Counted from the first letter of the stretch, positions 9,296-20,234 are shown. The stretch: 64,000 nt of DNA from a virus (IMGVR_UViG_2718218393_000006:46356-110355); one strand, 5' to 3'. Numbers and translations are program-made. The notes: generated by a model not told the origin, from the sequence alone.

Positions 9296-9657
9296 GTCGT
9301 CACCTCGAACACCGCGGACTGCATCGGCCATGCCTCAATCTGGATGTGATGCCGCCCGGGCAGCGAGAACGACAGCTCGCACTCGCCGTCGTCGCAGCCA
9401 TACGACGTGCCGTCCAGAACCAGCAAGCACGGCGCCGGCAGATCGCGCAGCACCATGCCGTCCAGCCGGGCCGGGTTCAGCGGCCGCACCTCGATCACCC
9501 CGTCGCTGCGGATATACTGCGTCAGCGGGTCAGCCTCGCCCTGCAACAGTAGTTTGCCGCTGGCGAACTCCACCTCGACGTTTTCGAGCGAGGCGACGCC
9601 CGTCTGCAGAATACGGCCGGTTTCCTCCTCATACTCAATGATGCTGATTTTCTCCAT
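9292..9657 (-). CDS. Tail-associated hypothetical protein
   Basis: In the tail operon; GGGG RBS. Confidence 0.6.
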   Translation of the reverse strand: MEKISIIEYEEETGRILQTGVASLENVEVEFASGKLLLQGEADPLTQYIRSDGVIEVRPLNPARLDGMVLRDLPAPCLLVLDGTSYGCDDGECELSFSLPGRHHIQIEAWPMQSAVFEVTT

Positions 9658-9662
9658 GTCCC

Positions 9663-12600
9663 CTATCTCCTGTACAACACCGCGCCGTAGCGGATCTGGC
9701 CATTTGCGCTGTAACCGCCGATGCTCTCAACTCCGACGGCAACAGTCTCGCCAGCCGATACATCCAGTACCAGGACCCCGCTACCATTGCTGATCCCCAC
9801 TGCGCGGCCACGGGCTCGCAGCGTGATGCTGGGAAACGGCGCATCGCCGAACACTAGCAGGGTGCCTCTGTCTGAGCAGTAGAATGGGAAATTGAAATTC
9901 CAACCTGCTGCCTGCCAGCCGCTCAGTGTCACGGTCCTCGTATCGTTTTTACTGACTGCCTCGCCTCGGATCTGAACGGTGTCGACCATCAGATTACGGA
10001 TGTATGTCGCGTCTACGCCGTTGGCGTCGACCACGACATTGCCGTTCTGCGTGATCCGCAGGCTCTCGGTATCGATCTGGCCGACGCTCAACTTCCCTTT
10101 GATGTACGCCGCACCGATCCCCGTCATGTCGACCACGACATTTCCGGCCGCGTCCCTGATCGTCAGTCCCCGGGTGTTGATCTGCGCGGCGTCGATTGAG
10201 CCGTCGACAATGACCCGGCGGCCGATGATTGAGCCGTCGGAGATCATGTCGCCGGCAATCGCCAGCGCCGGGCGCCCGTTGATGCTGGCGACGATGAACA
10301 CCTGGCGCGAGCCATTGCCGTCTGGCTGCGACACAACAAACCGGTCAGCCAGAAAATCCACCGCGCTGCCGTTTTGATCGGTCCTCAAACCTATGCCGGC
10401 AATTTTTCCGGAGGCGTTCAGCTTGATGATCTTCTCAGCCATCACGCCGTCCACCGTCCGGCCGACCTCCTGCAGGGAGGCCGTGTGGTTGCCGACCGTG
10501 GTCTGCATCGTCACAACCTGGTCTGTCAGCGCCGAGTCCGCCGCAACGCGGGCTTTGGACTCCTCGATGATGCCGGCGGCGTTGTCTTTTACTTTGGCGG
10601 CCAGCAGCGCCCTCTCGTTGGCCTCCTGCGAAATGGCATCACCCAACGTCGATAGTTGCCGCTTGGCGAAAGCGTAGTGGTTGCCCTGTGTGCCGCGGAT
10701 CTCGTCCGCTGTCAGCATCTGCTGCATCTGCGCCTGGATCAGCGAGTTCACGCTGCCCTGGACGCCAACAGCTTGCTCGATCGGCGTCCGTAGCGACTCT
10801 TGAAGCTGCGCAGACGTGAGGCTGTCCTTGAGCTGGTCAAGCAGCGCCCCGGGATCTTTGACCGTTTGCGCCTGGGCTTGAGCAAAAGCGCTGACATTCC
10901 CCCAGGTGTCGTACACGCGCAGCCAGAAGTAATAAGTCACCCCAAGCTGAAGGCCCTGCCAGCTGAACGTAGAGGTCGGAAAAGCCAAGTCGGCCAACTT
11001 GACCGGGCTGGCATCTCCAGAGGTTGTGCTGTAGAAAAGCTCAGCCCTCGCGATGTCTGGCCGCCCCGCGGGATACGTCCACGCCAGGTCGATCTTCATC
11101 GCCCCGCCCACCGCCGTCAGCGTCGGCGCCGGCGGCGGCGTCACCTGCCCTTGCGTCTGCTGGTTGCCGGCAACAGGGATGCTGACGACGCCGGTTACCG
11201 ATACCGTCGACACCCGGACATCGTAACTGCCGGGCACCACATCCGTGATTTCGGCGTGGTTGCTGACCTGATCCGGGAGCACTACCCAGTTTCCGCCATT
11301 CTGCCGATAGGTCACCCGATATCCACGTAGGTAAGGGTGCACAACCGCCGGCCAGTCCACCAACAGCTTCACCTTTCGGCTACCGTCTGGCGCCAGACTG
11401 GGCTGCTCCTGCAGCTGGACAGCCAGGACTGGCGGCATCGCGCCAGGGTCGGGCAGATTGCTGGTTGGCGCCGGGTCGAAGCGAAGACCAGTCTCGATGG
11501 CAGTCCATTTGTTCGCGTCGTACTGCAGGCCCGAGATTTCGAACTCTCCGTTGTCCACCGACTTGATGGAAACGCAGGTCCATAGGTCTGGCTGCAGGTT
11601 GGTCGCGATCAACACCCAGGTGGCGCCGGCGACTGGCTGGGCCGGATACTGCGAAACGATGGTCAGGGTATCGGTCGTGCCGGGCGATGCGACAACACCA
11701 CGGCGAACTGGCACGCCATCGGGGCCGGACACCTCAAGCGTGTAAGTCACGCCTGATTGAAGCGTTACCGGCGCATCCAATTTGACCACCGTGCCAACGA
11801 CCGACACCACCCGACCGCCCATCCGCGCGCCGGCCACATGGAAGTCGGACGTCGCGAACAGATCGCCCGGCTGCAAATCCGCGCAATAGGCCGCAGCCTT
11901 GAAAGCCACCATTTCGGTACTGCGCTGCGCAGTCTCCAAGATGTACCGGCCGCAGCGTCGCGCCTGGCCGCGCGTAACAGCCCCCATCGCCACCGCGGAG
12001 GTCTGCTGCAGCCCATAGGTCAGCAGCCCTTGGCCGTGTTCAGCGTACTCCACCGCGCGCCGGTAGCGGTCGCTAGGATCCGTCCAGGCCACCGCCGCCG
12101 CGGTGAAGCGCCCATTCTTCGGCGTGGACGAATAGGTGAATTTGCCGTCGATAACATTGGTGGCGTTGAAGTGCTTGACCGGCTGCTTGCCAGGCATATC
12201 TGCGACGATCCGAATGCCTCCGGCCGACCAGTATGCCTGGCCGCAGAAGCTGCTCACGATGTCGGACACGACCTTCCAAGCATCCTGCGTGTCCTGCTGA
12301 AAATTGTGGAACTGGAACCGCGGCTCGAACCCGCCGTACCCATCGGGGACAGACTGGTCGCACCACTGGGCTATCGCATACATCCCCCACCGGTCCATGT
12401 TGGCGGCGGGAATGTTGATGCCGAAGCGATTGTCCGTGCAGTAGGTCCAAAGATACCAGACGGGATTGCTGGTCACCGCCGGCTTGAAGTTGCCATCCCA
12501 CGGTCCGGTGTACGTGCGCGCGACCGGGTCGTAATTGCTGGGTACTTGGCACTTCAGCTGCTGCCACAGCACCGACACTGTGGGCATCCGGCTGAACTGC

Positions 12601-13319
12601 CGCGCGTCGAACTTCAGCGCTAGCACCGACAGGTTCGGGTAGCGCAGCTGCGCGTCGATGATGCTGGTGAAGGATGTGAAGACGGTCTGATTGGCAAGGT
12701 ACTGCGTCGTGCTGTCGGGCGTGATCCGGCGAACGCGAACCAACCACGGGCCAGCGCCGGTCAGCGGCAGCCGAGTGCTGCGCTGATAGTTGGCCGTGGT
12801 CTTGTCGGAAATGGTGACAATGGCCGCCTGGGCAAATTTGCCATTTGTCGGCGCCAGATCGATGGCGTACTGCACCGACGCGCCGCCGGTGTCACCGGTC
12901 TTAGAATCGGTGGAGCGCAGGCCGGCGGGCAGCGAGACCGTCACCCGGATGGCGGTGGCGTTCACATCCGCCACAGTTTGTGTGATCGGATTCGTCGACT
13001 TCACCTCCAGGCCCACGCCGATCTCGGTTTCGACAGCCGGGAACCCCGGAATCGCTGGCTGCGTTTGGGTGCCTGTGCGATACGAAACCTGCATGTTCTG
13101 GAAGTTAAACGAACCGTCAGGATTCTGGATCGGCGTGTCGTCCAGGTAAATGCTTTTCAGCGGATTGGCCGGGTCGGCTGGACCGCCGGTTTCTCCATGG
13201 CCCAGCAGCACCATCATGCGGCCGTAGCTGATCGACTGCGCGGTATCAGGCGACTCTACCGGGGTGTGCTGGCTGCCTCCGCCGCCGCCCTTGGCGCCAA
13301 AGATTGCATCGTCGGACAT
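9663..13319 (-). CDS. Tail tip / host specificity protein J
   Basis: GAKGGGG start, IYLDDTP, YPNLS, NPVW, FN3-like segments, DUF1983-like C-region. Confidence 0.92.
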   Translation of the reverse strand: MSDDAIFGAKGGGGGSQHTPVESPDTAQSISYGRMMVLLGHGETGGPADPANPLKSIYLDDTPIQNPDGSFNFQNMQVSYRTGTQTQPAIPGFPAVETEIGVGLEVKSTNPITQTVADVNATAIRVTVSLPAGLRSTDSKTGDTGGASVQYAIDLAPTNGKFAQAAIVTISDKTTANYQRSTRLPLTGAGPWLVRVRRITPDSTTQYLANQTVFTSFTSIIDAQLRYPNLSVLALKFDARQFSRMPTVSVLWQQLKCQVPSNYDPVARTYTGPWDGNFKPAVTSNPVWYLWTYCTDNRFGINIPAANMDRWGMYAIAQWCDQSVPDGYGGFEPRFQFHNFQQDTQDAWKVVSDIVSSFCGQAYWSAGGIRIVADMPGKQPVKHFNATNVIDGKFTYSSTPKNGRFTAAAVAWTDPSDRYRRAVEYAEHGQGLLTYGLQQTSAVAMGAVTRGQARRCGRYILETAQRSTEMVAFKAAAYCADLQPGDLFATSDFHVAGARMGGRVVSVVGTVVKLDAPVTLQSGVTYTLEVSGPDGVPVRRGVVASPGTTDTLTIVSQYPAQPVAGATWVLIATNLQPDLWTCVSIKSVDNGEFEISGLQYDANKWTAIETGLRFDPAPTSNLPDPGAMPPVLAVQLQEQPSLAPDGSRKVKLLVDWPAVVHPYLRGYRVTYRQNGGNWVVLPDQVSNHAEITDVVPGSYDVRVSTVSVTGVVSIPVAGNQQTQGQVTPPPAPTLTAVGGAMKIDLAWTYPAGRPDIARAELFYSTTSGDASPVKLADLAFPTSTFSWQGLQLGVTYYFWLRVYDTWGNVSAFAQAQAQTVKDPGALLDQLKDSLTSAQLQESLRTPIEQAVGVQGSVNSLIQAQMQQMLTADEIRGTQGNHYAFAKRQLSTLGDAISQEANERALLAAKVKDNAAGIIEESKARVAADSALTDQVVTMQTTVGNHTASLQEVGRTVDGVMAEKIIKLNASGKIAGIGLRTDQNGSAVDFLADRFVVSQPDGNGSRQVFIVASINGRPALAIAGDMISDGSIIGRRVIVDGSIDAAQINTRGLTIRDAAGNVVVDMTGIGAAYIKGKLSVGQIDTESLRITQNGNVVVDANGVDATYIRNLMVDTVQIRGEAVSKNDTRTVTLSGWQAAGWNFNFPFYCSDRGTLLVFGDAPFPSITLRARGRAVGISNGSGVLVLDVSAGETVAVGVESIGGYSANGQIRYGAVLYRR

Positions 13320-13356
13320 TCATGCTCCAAAAACAGAAGAGCCCGCGCGCAGCGGG

Positions 13357-13968
13357 CTATACAAGTACGGGTGAGTTGGTGGGCAGCGCCCCGGTGCCGA
13401 TGTCCTCGACGCTGACGCCGGCAGAGATCACCGTGCCGGCAATCAGCATGGTGCCGGTGCCGATCGGGATCGGCAGACCCTGAGCGCTGGTCTGCTGGGC
13501 ACCGTTGAACCAGTAGTTCGGCTTGCCGTCCTTGGCCTGCCAGTCTGGCTGCTTGGGGATGGGGGTGAGCAGCTGGATTGCCCCTCCGATCATCATGCTT
13601 GCACCAACGCCATAGCCAGCAGTCACTGCGGCAGCACTCCAACCAAGAGGGTTCCACCACGCCAGAGCGATAATGGCCGCACCTGCAACAATCCGAAGCC
13701 CAGCGCTGGCGCCCACCACTACCGGCATGATGAGGATGTCCCCCTTGCTCACCAGTACGATCTCGTCTTCCTCTACGTCGCGGCCGGCCACCGTGATGCG
13801 GTAGCCAACCGTCTCCGGATCGCTCTCGCGCAAGTGCTGGGCAAACCCTGGCCAATTGGCCTCCAGCATCCGTACGGCCTCGCCGACGCTGTCGACATAG
13901 GCGGCAAATTCCCTCACGAACTTCTCGCCCAGCTCTCCGCCGAGGCGGACGGTTCTTTTTTCACTCAT
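13357..13968 (-). CDS. Tail assembly protein I
   Basis: VRLGGELG..F, MPVVVGA, NYWFNG...AQGLPIP. Confidence 0.88.
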   Translation of the reverse strand: MSEKRTVRLGGELGEKFVREFAAYVDSVGEAVRMLEANWPGFAQHLRESDPETVGYRITVAGRDVEEDEIVLVSKGDILIMPVVVGASAGLRIVAGAAIIALAWWNPLGWSAAAVTAGYGVGASMMIGGAIQLLTPIPKQPDWQAKDGKPNYWFNGAQQTSAQGLPIPIGTGTMLIAGTVISAGVSVEDIGTGALPTNSPVLV

Positions 13969-14644
13969 GGCGTGGTCTCACAACGGTTACGGTGCAGCGA
14001 CGCCACCAGCCGCCATAAATGCCGATCTGGCTTGGCTGGTTGTAGAGCTGGTGAAGGATCCGGCTGTCGCCGAGATAGACGGCAACGTGGTTGACCACGT
14101 TGGCCTCGCACATCATGAAGATCAGATCGCCGCGCTGGATTTCGTCTGTTACGACGTCCACCGGCGCCGAAGCCAACCAGGCGGCAAACGGATTCTCGCC
14201 ATGTCGCCAGAAGTCCTCTCTGGCCTCGGCGCGGGGCAGCCTGATGCCGGTTTCGCACCGGTGCCAGTCCTGCGCCAGGCTGAAGCAGTCAAACATTCCC
14301 CAGCAGAATGGCCGGCCCTCGTAAGGCGCCTGCCAGCCGCCCGGATCGGTCAGCGTGTGCTCGCCGTTCGGCCAGCTGACGATGTGCCAGGGCAGTCCGG
14401 TCCGCTCGCACATCACACGATCCACAAGCGACGGCTCAGCAGTGTCGTCGGGGTGGCTGTGCCAGATGCCGACGACTCGGCCCAATTGCTCCGCGGCGGC
14501 GTAATCTACCGGGTCGAGCTCGAACTGCGAGCGGGGATCGCCGGCGATGTTCCTGCACGGGTAGACGCGCCCGGAGTCCAGCAGCACTCCGCAGGCCTCC
14601 TGCGGGTGCGCCAGCTCCGCCAGGTGAAGCATTTCGTTGATCAT
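13961..14644 (-). CDS. Tail assembly protein K (JAB + NlpC/P60)
   Basis: PQEACG, WHSHP, DCFSL, NHVAVYLG. Confidence 0.9.
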   Translation of the reverse strand: MINEMLHLAELAHPQEACGVLLDSGRVYPCRNIAGDPRSQFELDPVDYAAAEQLGRVVGIWHSHPDDTAEPSLVDRVMCERTGLPWHIVSWPNGEHTLTDPGGWQAPYEGRPFCWGMFDCFSLAQDWHRCETGIRLPRAEAREDFWRHGENPFAAWLASAPVDVVTDEIQRGDLIFMMCEANVVNHVAVYLGDSRILHQLYNQPSQIGIYGGWWRRCTVTVVRPRHE

Positions 14645-14702
14645 CAGGGTTCCAGGAACGAAGAAACCCGCCGAAGCGGGTTGTTGGTTGTATTGAGGTC
14701 GT

Positions 14703-15401
14703 TCAGCCGTAGCGACGCAGCCCCAGCAGCCCGGGGAAGTTGGTCTGGTTCCCACGGCACTGGCAGTCGCTATAGCGCTTGCCGCACGCATCCTTGTTGG
14801 TATCACTCGTCGGCTTGCCGTCGACGTCGAACATGGCCGCGCTGGCATAGCCGCACGCCGCGCTCCGATACTGTGTCTGAGCAGGGCAATAGACGCTGGC
14901 CATTGTGTTTGGAACCGTCTTGCCCTCCAGATCCAGCGCGCTCACCAGCTCAAACTGCAGAACCGTGCCGTCATCCTGGGTACGCCGGTTCACGAACCAG
15001 ATTTCCTGCTGGTGGAACTCGGGCGAGCCCGCCAGCGCGCCGCCGTCCAGGAACTTGGCGTAGGTGACCATGCGCGTCACCCTCCAACCGGCCAGGCCTT
15101 TGAACTGACGCACCAGCTGGGTGAAGATGCCGTAGATCGGGCCATTGGCGCCCATCACCGCGTTCGCAATGGACAGTGTGGGCCGCGGCGCGCTGCCCTG
15201 GACGGACTTTTCGAATCCCTCGGCCTGGATTGCCCAGGGCTGATACTGCTGCCCCATGAAGCTGATCGGGTTGGTGCTGGCGTCTGTGCCGGCCGGCGTG
15301 AAGTACTGCGTCGGGTACTGCGTGCCTGGCGGCGGGGCCAATTGAAAAAGCTCCACCCTTGCATCAAGGGTGAAGCCTTGGACGTCTTGCTGGATTTGCA
15401 T
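14703..15401 (-). CDS. Minor tail protein L
   Basis: PRPTLSIAN, FELVSALD, C-terminal Cys cluster. Confidence 0.9.
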   Translation of the reverse strand: MQIQQDVQGFTLDARVELFQLAPPPGTQYPTQYFTPAGTDASTNPISFMGQQYQPWAIQAEGFEKSVQGSAPRPTLSIANAVMGANGPIYGIFTQLVRQFKGLAGWRVTRMVTYAKFLDGGALAGSPEFHQQEIWFVNRRTQDDGTVLQFELVSALDLEGKTVPNTMASVYCPAQTQYRSAACGYASAAMFDVDGKPTSDTNKDACGKRYSDCQCRGNQTNFPGLLGLRRYG

Positions 15402-15415
15402 ATTAAAACTCTAGG

Positions 15416-16087
15416 TTATTTACTAGCAGACGCTGCTGCCAGAGCAGGTGCAGATGCATCAGTCTTTTTTTTAGGATCGGCCCCATTGACTGGCTTATGG
15501 TTGTCAACTGGCAAATCAGCAACCTTCTGAAGGAGATCCGAATCAACTTTGGAAGAACCCATTGCGCAGTCTGCCGCCATCATTATTGATCCGAATACAA
15601 TTTTCTTATTCGAGTCCGCACCGGCACTCTCGCTTTCTTTAAGAATGACCGAAACATCTTGCACATACGCCTGATTGACCGCACTCATTCTTTTGTAAGA
15701 CAAAATGCTTGAAAAAGTTTTATCCATTGTGCCCTGTATACCATTTGCTGCTCCAGACATTCCAGCCCAACCTTTTGCAGCAGTCCCCTTTGCGACCACA
15801 GACAACACTGAGCCAGAAAGAACACCCACCGACCCGACTAAAAGCTTAGAGCCATCATCAAGCGCGCCGCCAGCTTCATAGTAATTCAAAACCTGTCGAC
15901 AGAATGTAGTTGCCTTAATATAAGTGGAAATCGCATCTTCAGATGTGCAGAACTCAGAATTTTTCTTCAAACAAGGGAAATTGTTTTCATCTTGCCAAGG
16001 CCATTGCGCACGAAACGCAACACAGCCAGACTCCAAAACAAGAATAGCACTCAAAAAAGCCAATTTAGCCGCATCCATATCATCCAC
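15416..16087 (-). CDS. AT-rich moron between tail genes M and L (possible lipoprotein)
   Basis: Clear drop in GC, own AT-rich upstream region, signal-like N-terminus ending ESGC. Confidence 0.6.
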   Translation of the reverse strand: MDDMDAAKLAFLSAILVLESGCVAFRAQWPWQDENNFPCLKKNSEFCTSEDAISTYIKATTFCRQVLNYYEAGGALDDGSKLLVGSVGVLSGSVLSVVAKGTAAKGWAGMSGAANGIQGTMDKTFSSILSYKRMSAVNQAYVQDVSVILKESESAGADSNKKIVFGSIMMAADCAMGSSKVDSDLLQKVADLPVDNHKPVNGADPKKKTDASAPALAAASASK

Positions 16088-16209
16088 CTAACCGATTCAC
16101 TTTTTCTATTTAGCTCCTTATTCCCAGGAATATTATTAGAGGTATTACTTACCAATCAAAATTCCAACATCATTTTCATCAACGTTTAATATCCCACTCC
16201 TCTTTAAAT

Positions 16210-16554
16210 CTAATTTGCATCAAAAACTTGCTCGAAAATACAAATGAGACTAACTACGCCCATCACTGGATCCGTACGTTTCCAAGGCTTCTGGCAAACA
16301 ACTTTGACCTTATTGCCATCCGCCCCCGTGAACCAGAACCAGGACACGCCGCGTTGTTTTGTCAGAAAAACATCAATCGCAGCAATTTCAACCGGTGACC
16401 GGTTGTTGAAAGCCAATGTGAATGTGTCGGCCAGATTGTTGATCCCGGCCGGCGCCCGCTGGCTGTAGCCATCACCAAACTTGGAAACCGTCACCGCTGG
16501 CGCGGTTTCGGTCTCCATGTTCACGGATGGCGTCCAAGTGAATGTATCCGCCAC
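16210..16554 (-). CDS. Minor tail protein M
   Basis: TFTWTP, KFGDGYSQR...GIN, FEQV. Confidence 0.88.
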   Translation of the reverse strand: MADTFTWTPSVNMETETAPAVTVSKFGDGYSQRAPAGINNLADTFTLAFNNRSPVEIAAIDVFLTKQRGVSWFWFTGADGNKVKVVCQKPWKRTDPVMGVVSLICIFEQVFDAN

Positions 16555-19427
16555 TATGCGTTCCTCGCGCCGTAAAGCATGCCGCCCTGCCGCAACTCTG
16601 CGGCGATGCCCTGTTTCACCATGGCCTTCATTGCCTCGGCCATGCCAGCCATCATCGCGCTGCCCTGGGCATCCCCTTGCGTCTGCTTGCCGCCGGCATC
16701 TTGATAAATCACCGTCTGGTTGATCACCACGTCGCCACCGCCTGCGCCTCCGGACGCTCGCACGCCCAGCCGACCATCAGCGCCGCGCGTCAGTGGCATT
16801 ACTGCCTCCGGCCCGGCCTCGCCCAATACTCCCAGCCCTCCGGCATGCGCGAACCCGGTAGGCCTGTCGAACACGCCTCCATTTGCGAAGAACTGCACGC
16901 CGCGCGACCATGCCCCACCATCTGCCTGCGCGGTCCATGTCGGAGTGCCGACCTCCACCGGCGCCGCCGCCTGGGTCGGCACCATGCCGGAAATGAAGCC
17001 CACCGCCTGCGTTAACAGGCCGGCAGCAGCCTTCGCCACCATGATCTTCTCGATCTCCTGCAGGATCGCCGCGGCGAAGCTCTTCCAGCCAAGCTTGCCG
17101 GTCTCGAAGAATTGGGTGAGCGTGGACTCCATGCTGTGCGTCATGGAATTGAAGACTCCGCTGGCAGCGCGCGCATTGTTGTTGGCAATGTCCTGATACG
17201 ATGCCCAGGCATCCGCCCAGCCAGTGGACCACCGCTGCTGAAGCTCAATCTCTTGCTGGATGGCCGGGATTTCCTGCTCCCGCCGGACTTTTGCCCCCTG
17301 GCGCAGTTGCTCAACGACTTGCGGGTATTGGGCGATAAACTCCTGGTCCGTCAGGTTGACCTTGCTGGCCGCGGTGGAGATGGCGGCCCGCAGATCCTGC
17401 TCGATCTTCAGCTGCGCAGCGTAGAGTTTGCGTGCCTGCGTCGATGCGCCGACCAGATCACGCTCTTGCTGCAACTGAGCCAGTTGCTGAGCGGTGGCAC
17501 CGCGCCACTTGTTGCCAGCATCCAGCGCGGACTTGCTCGCCAGTTCCTGGTTGTGAGCGGCCAGCCGATCCTCCATGTACTTGCGCTGCAACGGGATCAC
17601 CTGCTGGTACTCGGCAATCGCGTTCTTGATCTGGCCGTCGCTCATCTGCCCCAAGCGGAACTGCTGCGGCATGTTGAGCTGCGTGCGCAGCTCGGTGATC
17701 CGCTTCTCCGCAGCGGTCAGCTTCGCTAGCCGGCTATCGTCGCCGTCGGCCAGCATGCCGATCTGCGCCCTAGCCTCCGCCAGCATCGCCTGGGCGCGCG
17801 CCATCTCCTGATCAGTCTGGCGGGCGGCGTGGTCGATCTTGGTGCGCGGCGGCTTCTTGTCCTTGTATTTCTCGTTGATCGCAGCGATGGCGTTATTGCG
17901 CATCTTTGGCGTGACCTGATCGCCTGCCATGATCATTGCGTCGAAGTCGCGCATGCGTTCCGCGATTTCCTTCTGGCGCTTCTCTGCCGGGCTGGCAAAC
18001 TCAGTTTGGAAGCGGTCGTATCGAGCGCGGGCTGCAATTCCTTCTTGGTTGACTTGCTCGACTTGGGCCTTCAATTGAGCGGCACTGGTTTCCTTCGCCA
18101 GATCGGCCTGGAGCTTTGCATTTCTCGCTCTTAATGCGTCAGCTCGCGCCTTATTGCCCGCGCCATACCCCGAGTTTGTCGGCGCCGCCATCAGACTGGC
18201 GATTTCCGCTTTGTTTGCCGCAATCTCCTCAGCCTTGGACTCCTCCCTCCCCCACCCCTTCATTGCATCCCACGCTTTGCGGACGCCCATAGCGACGCCC
18301 TCCCAAGCCATGGCGATATAGCTTAGATTCGGCCCACTGACATTCTTCAGGTGGTCGTCCAGGGCCTTGGACAGGGCCAGCTGGGCACCTTGCACATCTC
18401 CCGACCTCTGAAGAGCCACGATCTGCTCGTACTGGGCCAGCGTCAGGAAATGCATCTGGTTGTTGAGCTCGACAGCACTCTTGGAAGGGTCGCTTAGTGC
18501 CTTGGCAAACTTGGTCGCGGCATCTGCGGCATCGCCGCCGGTAAGCTTGGCATAGCGCTGCGCCGCATCGGTAATCAGCTCAATCTGCTTACCGCCCACC
18601 TGGCCAGTCTGGATCATCTGATCCATCAACTCGCGCATGGATCCGGCGCTGACGTGGTTGGCGTCCGCCAGCCGCTGGGCCATGGTCTCAAACGACGACG
18701 AGGTCATCCCGACATAGTTGCCGGTCAACGCTATGGCGTTGTTGAAGGCCTTGGCCTCTTGAGTGCCTTGGTAAAAAGCTACCGCAATGGCACCAACCGA
18801 GGCCACGCCGGCAGTGGCCATCAGGCCGAACGGAGAAACCAGCGCACCCAGCATTTCATGCAGGCCGCCGGCGCGCTCCATCAGCACCATGAACGAGCCG
18901 GGCATGCGGCTGAAGTTGCCAGTCATGGCCTCGTGGGCCAGGACAATCAGCTCTCGGGTCGAGCCCGCATTGGCGAAGGTCAGCGCCTTGAATCCCTCGG
19001 CGGACGCGACGGCAGTACGGCCGGCAAGCTCCTCCGCCTTCGCGGCGGCCTTGGCGGCCTCCTCCTCCCGGTGCCAGGCATCGATCTTCTTGCCGATGTC
19101 GTAGGCCTGCTGCTGGATCTGCTGGCTGAAGCCACTGTACTGGGCCTGCAGAGCAGCTTGCTCAGCCTTGTTCTTGCCCAGCATATCCAGCTGCTTCTGC
19201 AGCGACTGGATATAGGCATTGGCGGCGCGCTCACTTCGCTGGATGGCTTCAACCGTCGCATCAACACCGGGCACATAGTCGTGCGCCATCTTGCGGCCGG
19301 CGCCGCCGGCGGAGATCGTTGCCTGCTCCGTGCGGCCGGCCGCATCCGTCACTCTGTCCAGCGCCTTGGTCGCCTCATCCAGTTGGCTGGTATCGACCGA
19401 AAACCCAAGCTCTGCGTTGTCAGCCAT
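16554..19427 (-). CDS. Tail tape measure protein
   Basis: 957 aa, Ala-rich and helical; lambda-type C-terminus FANGG...GEAGPEAVMPL. Confidence 0.93.
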   Translation of the reverse strand: MADNAELGFSVDTSQLDEATKALDRVTDAAGRTEQATISAGGAGRKMAHDYVPGVDATVEAIQRSERAANAYIQSLQKQLDMLGKNKAEQAALQAQYSGFSQQIQQQAYDIGKKIDAWHREEEAAKAAAKAEELAGRTAVASAEGFKALTFANAGSTRELIVLAHEAMTGNFSRMPGSFMVLMERAGGLHEMLGALVSPFGLMATAGVASVGAIAVAFYQGTQEAKAFNNAIALTGNYVGMTSSSFETMAQRLADANHVSAGSMRELMDQMIQTGQVGGKQIELITDAAQRYAKLTGGDAADAATKFAKALSDPSKSAVELNNQMHFLTLAQYEQIVALQRSGDVQGAQLALSKALDDHLKNVSGPNLSYIAMAWEGVAMGVRKAWDAMKGWGREESKAEEIAANKAEIASLMAAPTNSGYGAGNKARADALRARNAKLQADLAKETSAAQLKAQVEQVNQEGIAARARYDRFQTEFASPAEKRQKEIAERMRDFDAMIMAGDQVTPKMRNNAIAAINEKYKDKKPPRTKIDHAARQTDQEMARAQAMLAEARAQIGMLADGDDSRLAKLTAAEKRITELRTQLNMPQQFRLGQMSDGQIKNAIAEYQQVIPLQRKYMEDRLAAHNQELASKSALDAGNKWRGATAQQLAQLQQERDLVGASTQARKLYAAQLKIEQDLRAAISTAASKVNLTDQEFIAQYPQVVEQLRQGAKVRREQEIPAIQQEIELQQRWSTGWADAWASYQDIANNNARAASGVFNSMTHSMESTLTQFFETGKLGWKSFAAAILQEIEKIMVAKAAAGLLTQAVGFISGMVPTQAAAPVEVGTPTWTAQADGGAWSRGVQFFANGGVFDRPTGFAHAGGLGVLGEAGPEAVMPLTRGADGRLGVRASGGAGGGDVVINQTVIYQDAGGKQTQGDAQGSAMMAGMAEAMKAMVKQGIAAELRQGGMLYGARNA

Positions 19428-20174
19428 TGCTGCTCCTCGATTCGAAATACACCATGTCCAACTGCATGATCAGCTCCACCTCGCGCGGCGACGGATTCGT
19501 CTGGGTCATGGCATTCCATGCCGCCATATCAGCCCAGCCGATGGGCAGAGGCCCAAACTCCGACTGCCCGCGGCGAACGGAGAGCTCACCGAACCAGCGC
19601 CAAACGCCGGAGAGCAACTCAGGAAATGCGCAAGGCGGGTCAAGATCAGCCGGCCGGATGCCGGTGGCCTTCCAGATGGATTGCAGGTGCCGCGCCGGCG
19701 CTACGCCGTCGGCGCCTGGTCGGTGGAGTCGGAAGTAGTGCTTTGCCCAGTCGAGGAGTCGCCGGGCTTGCTCCCGAAAAAACTCTCGTCGTCCAGATGG
19801 GCACGCTGCACCTGACGCTGTATCCAGGCGTGGCGGCGCATCAGCTGCAGCACAACCTCGGGGCTGTATGCCACCGGCTGGCCATTGTCGGTCAGGCCGG
19901 CGAGCCCTACGACTACAGCCGCCGCGCGCCGAGCCTCCAAATCGTCCTTCTCGGCATCGGTCAGCGGCAGATTCTCGCGCCCCTCCTTGAAGGCAGCGGC
20001 GGCGCGCTGGAACAGCTCAGCCTCTATCTGGCGGTCGTGGTGACGCACGCGCGCCGACTCGCGGCCGACGATGTCCAGCACCAGGCCATTCGGTCGCAGC
20101 GTCAGCGGATCGAGGATTTTCAGCGGTTGAGCGACATCGGCCAGATCGGCCAGGCTCGGGGAGGAAAGGTCCAT
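19420..20174 (-). CDS. Tail assembly chaperones G (19701-20174) and GT (-1 frameshift fusion ending at 19420)
   Basis: Slippery T TTT TTC at 19782-19776; the -1 frame is open into the 19420-19617 ORF (VWRWFGELS...PIGWADMAAW). Confidence 0.8.
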
Positions 20175-20234
20175 GCAATGGCTCCAGAAATGAGAAAACC
20201 CCGCCGTAGCGGGGTTCTGCTGTGTATTTGCGGC

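Noticed and set aside
8164-13319. DGR or invertible tail-fibre switching
   Set aside because: No reverse transcriptase, invertase or duplicated variable/template repeat was seen.
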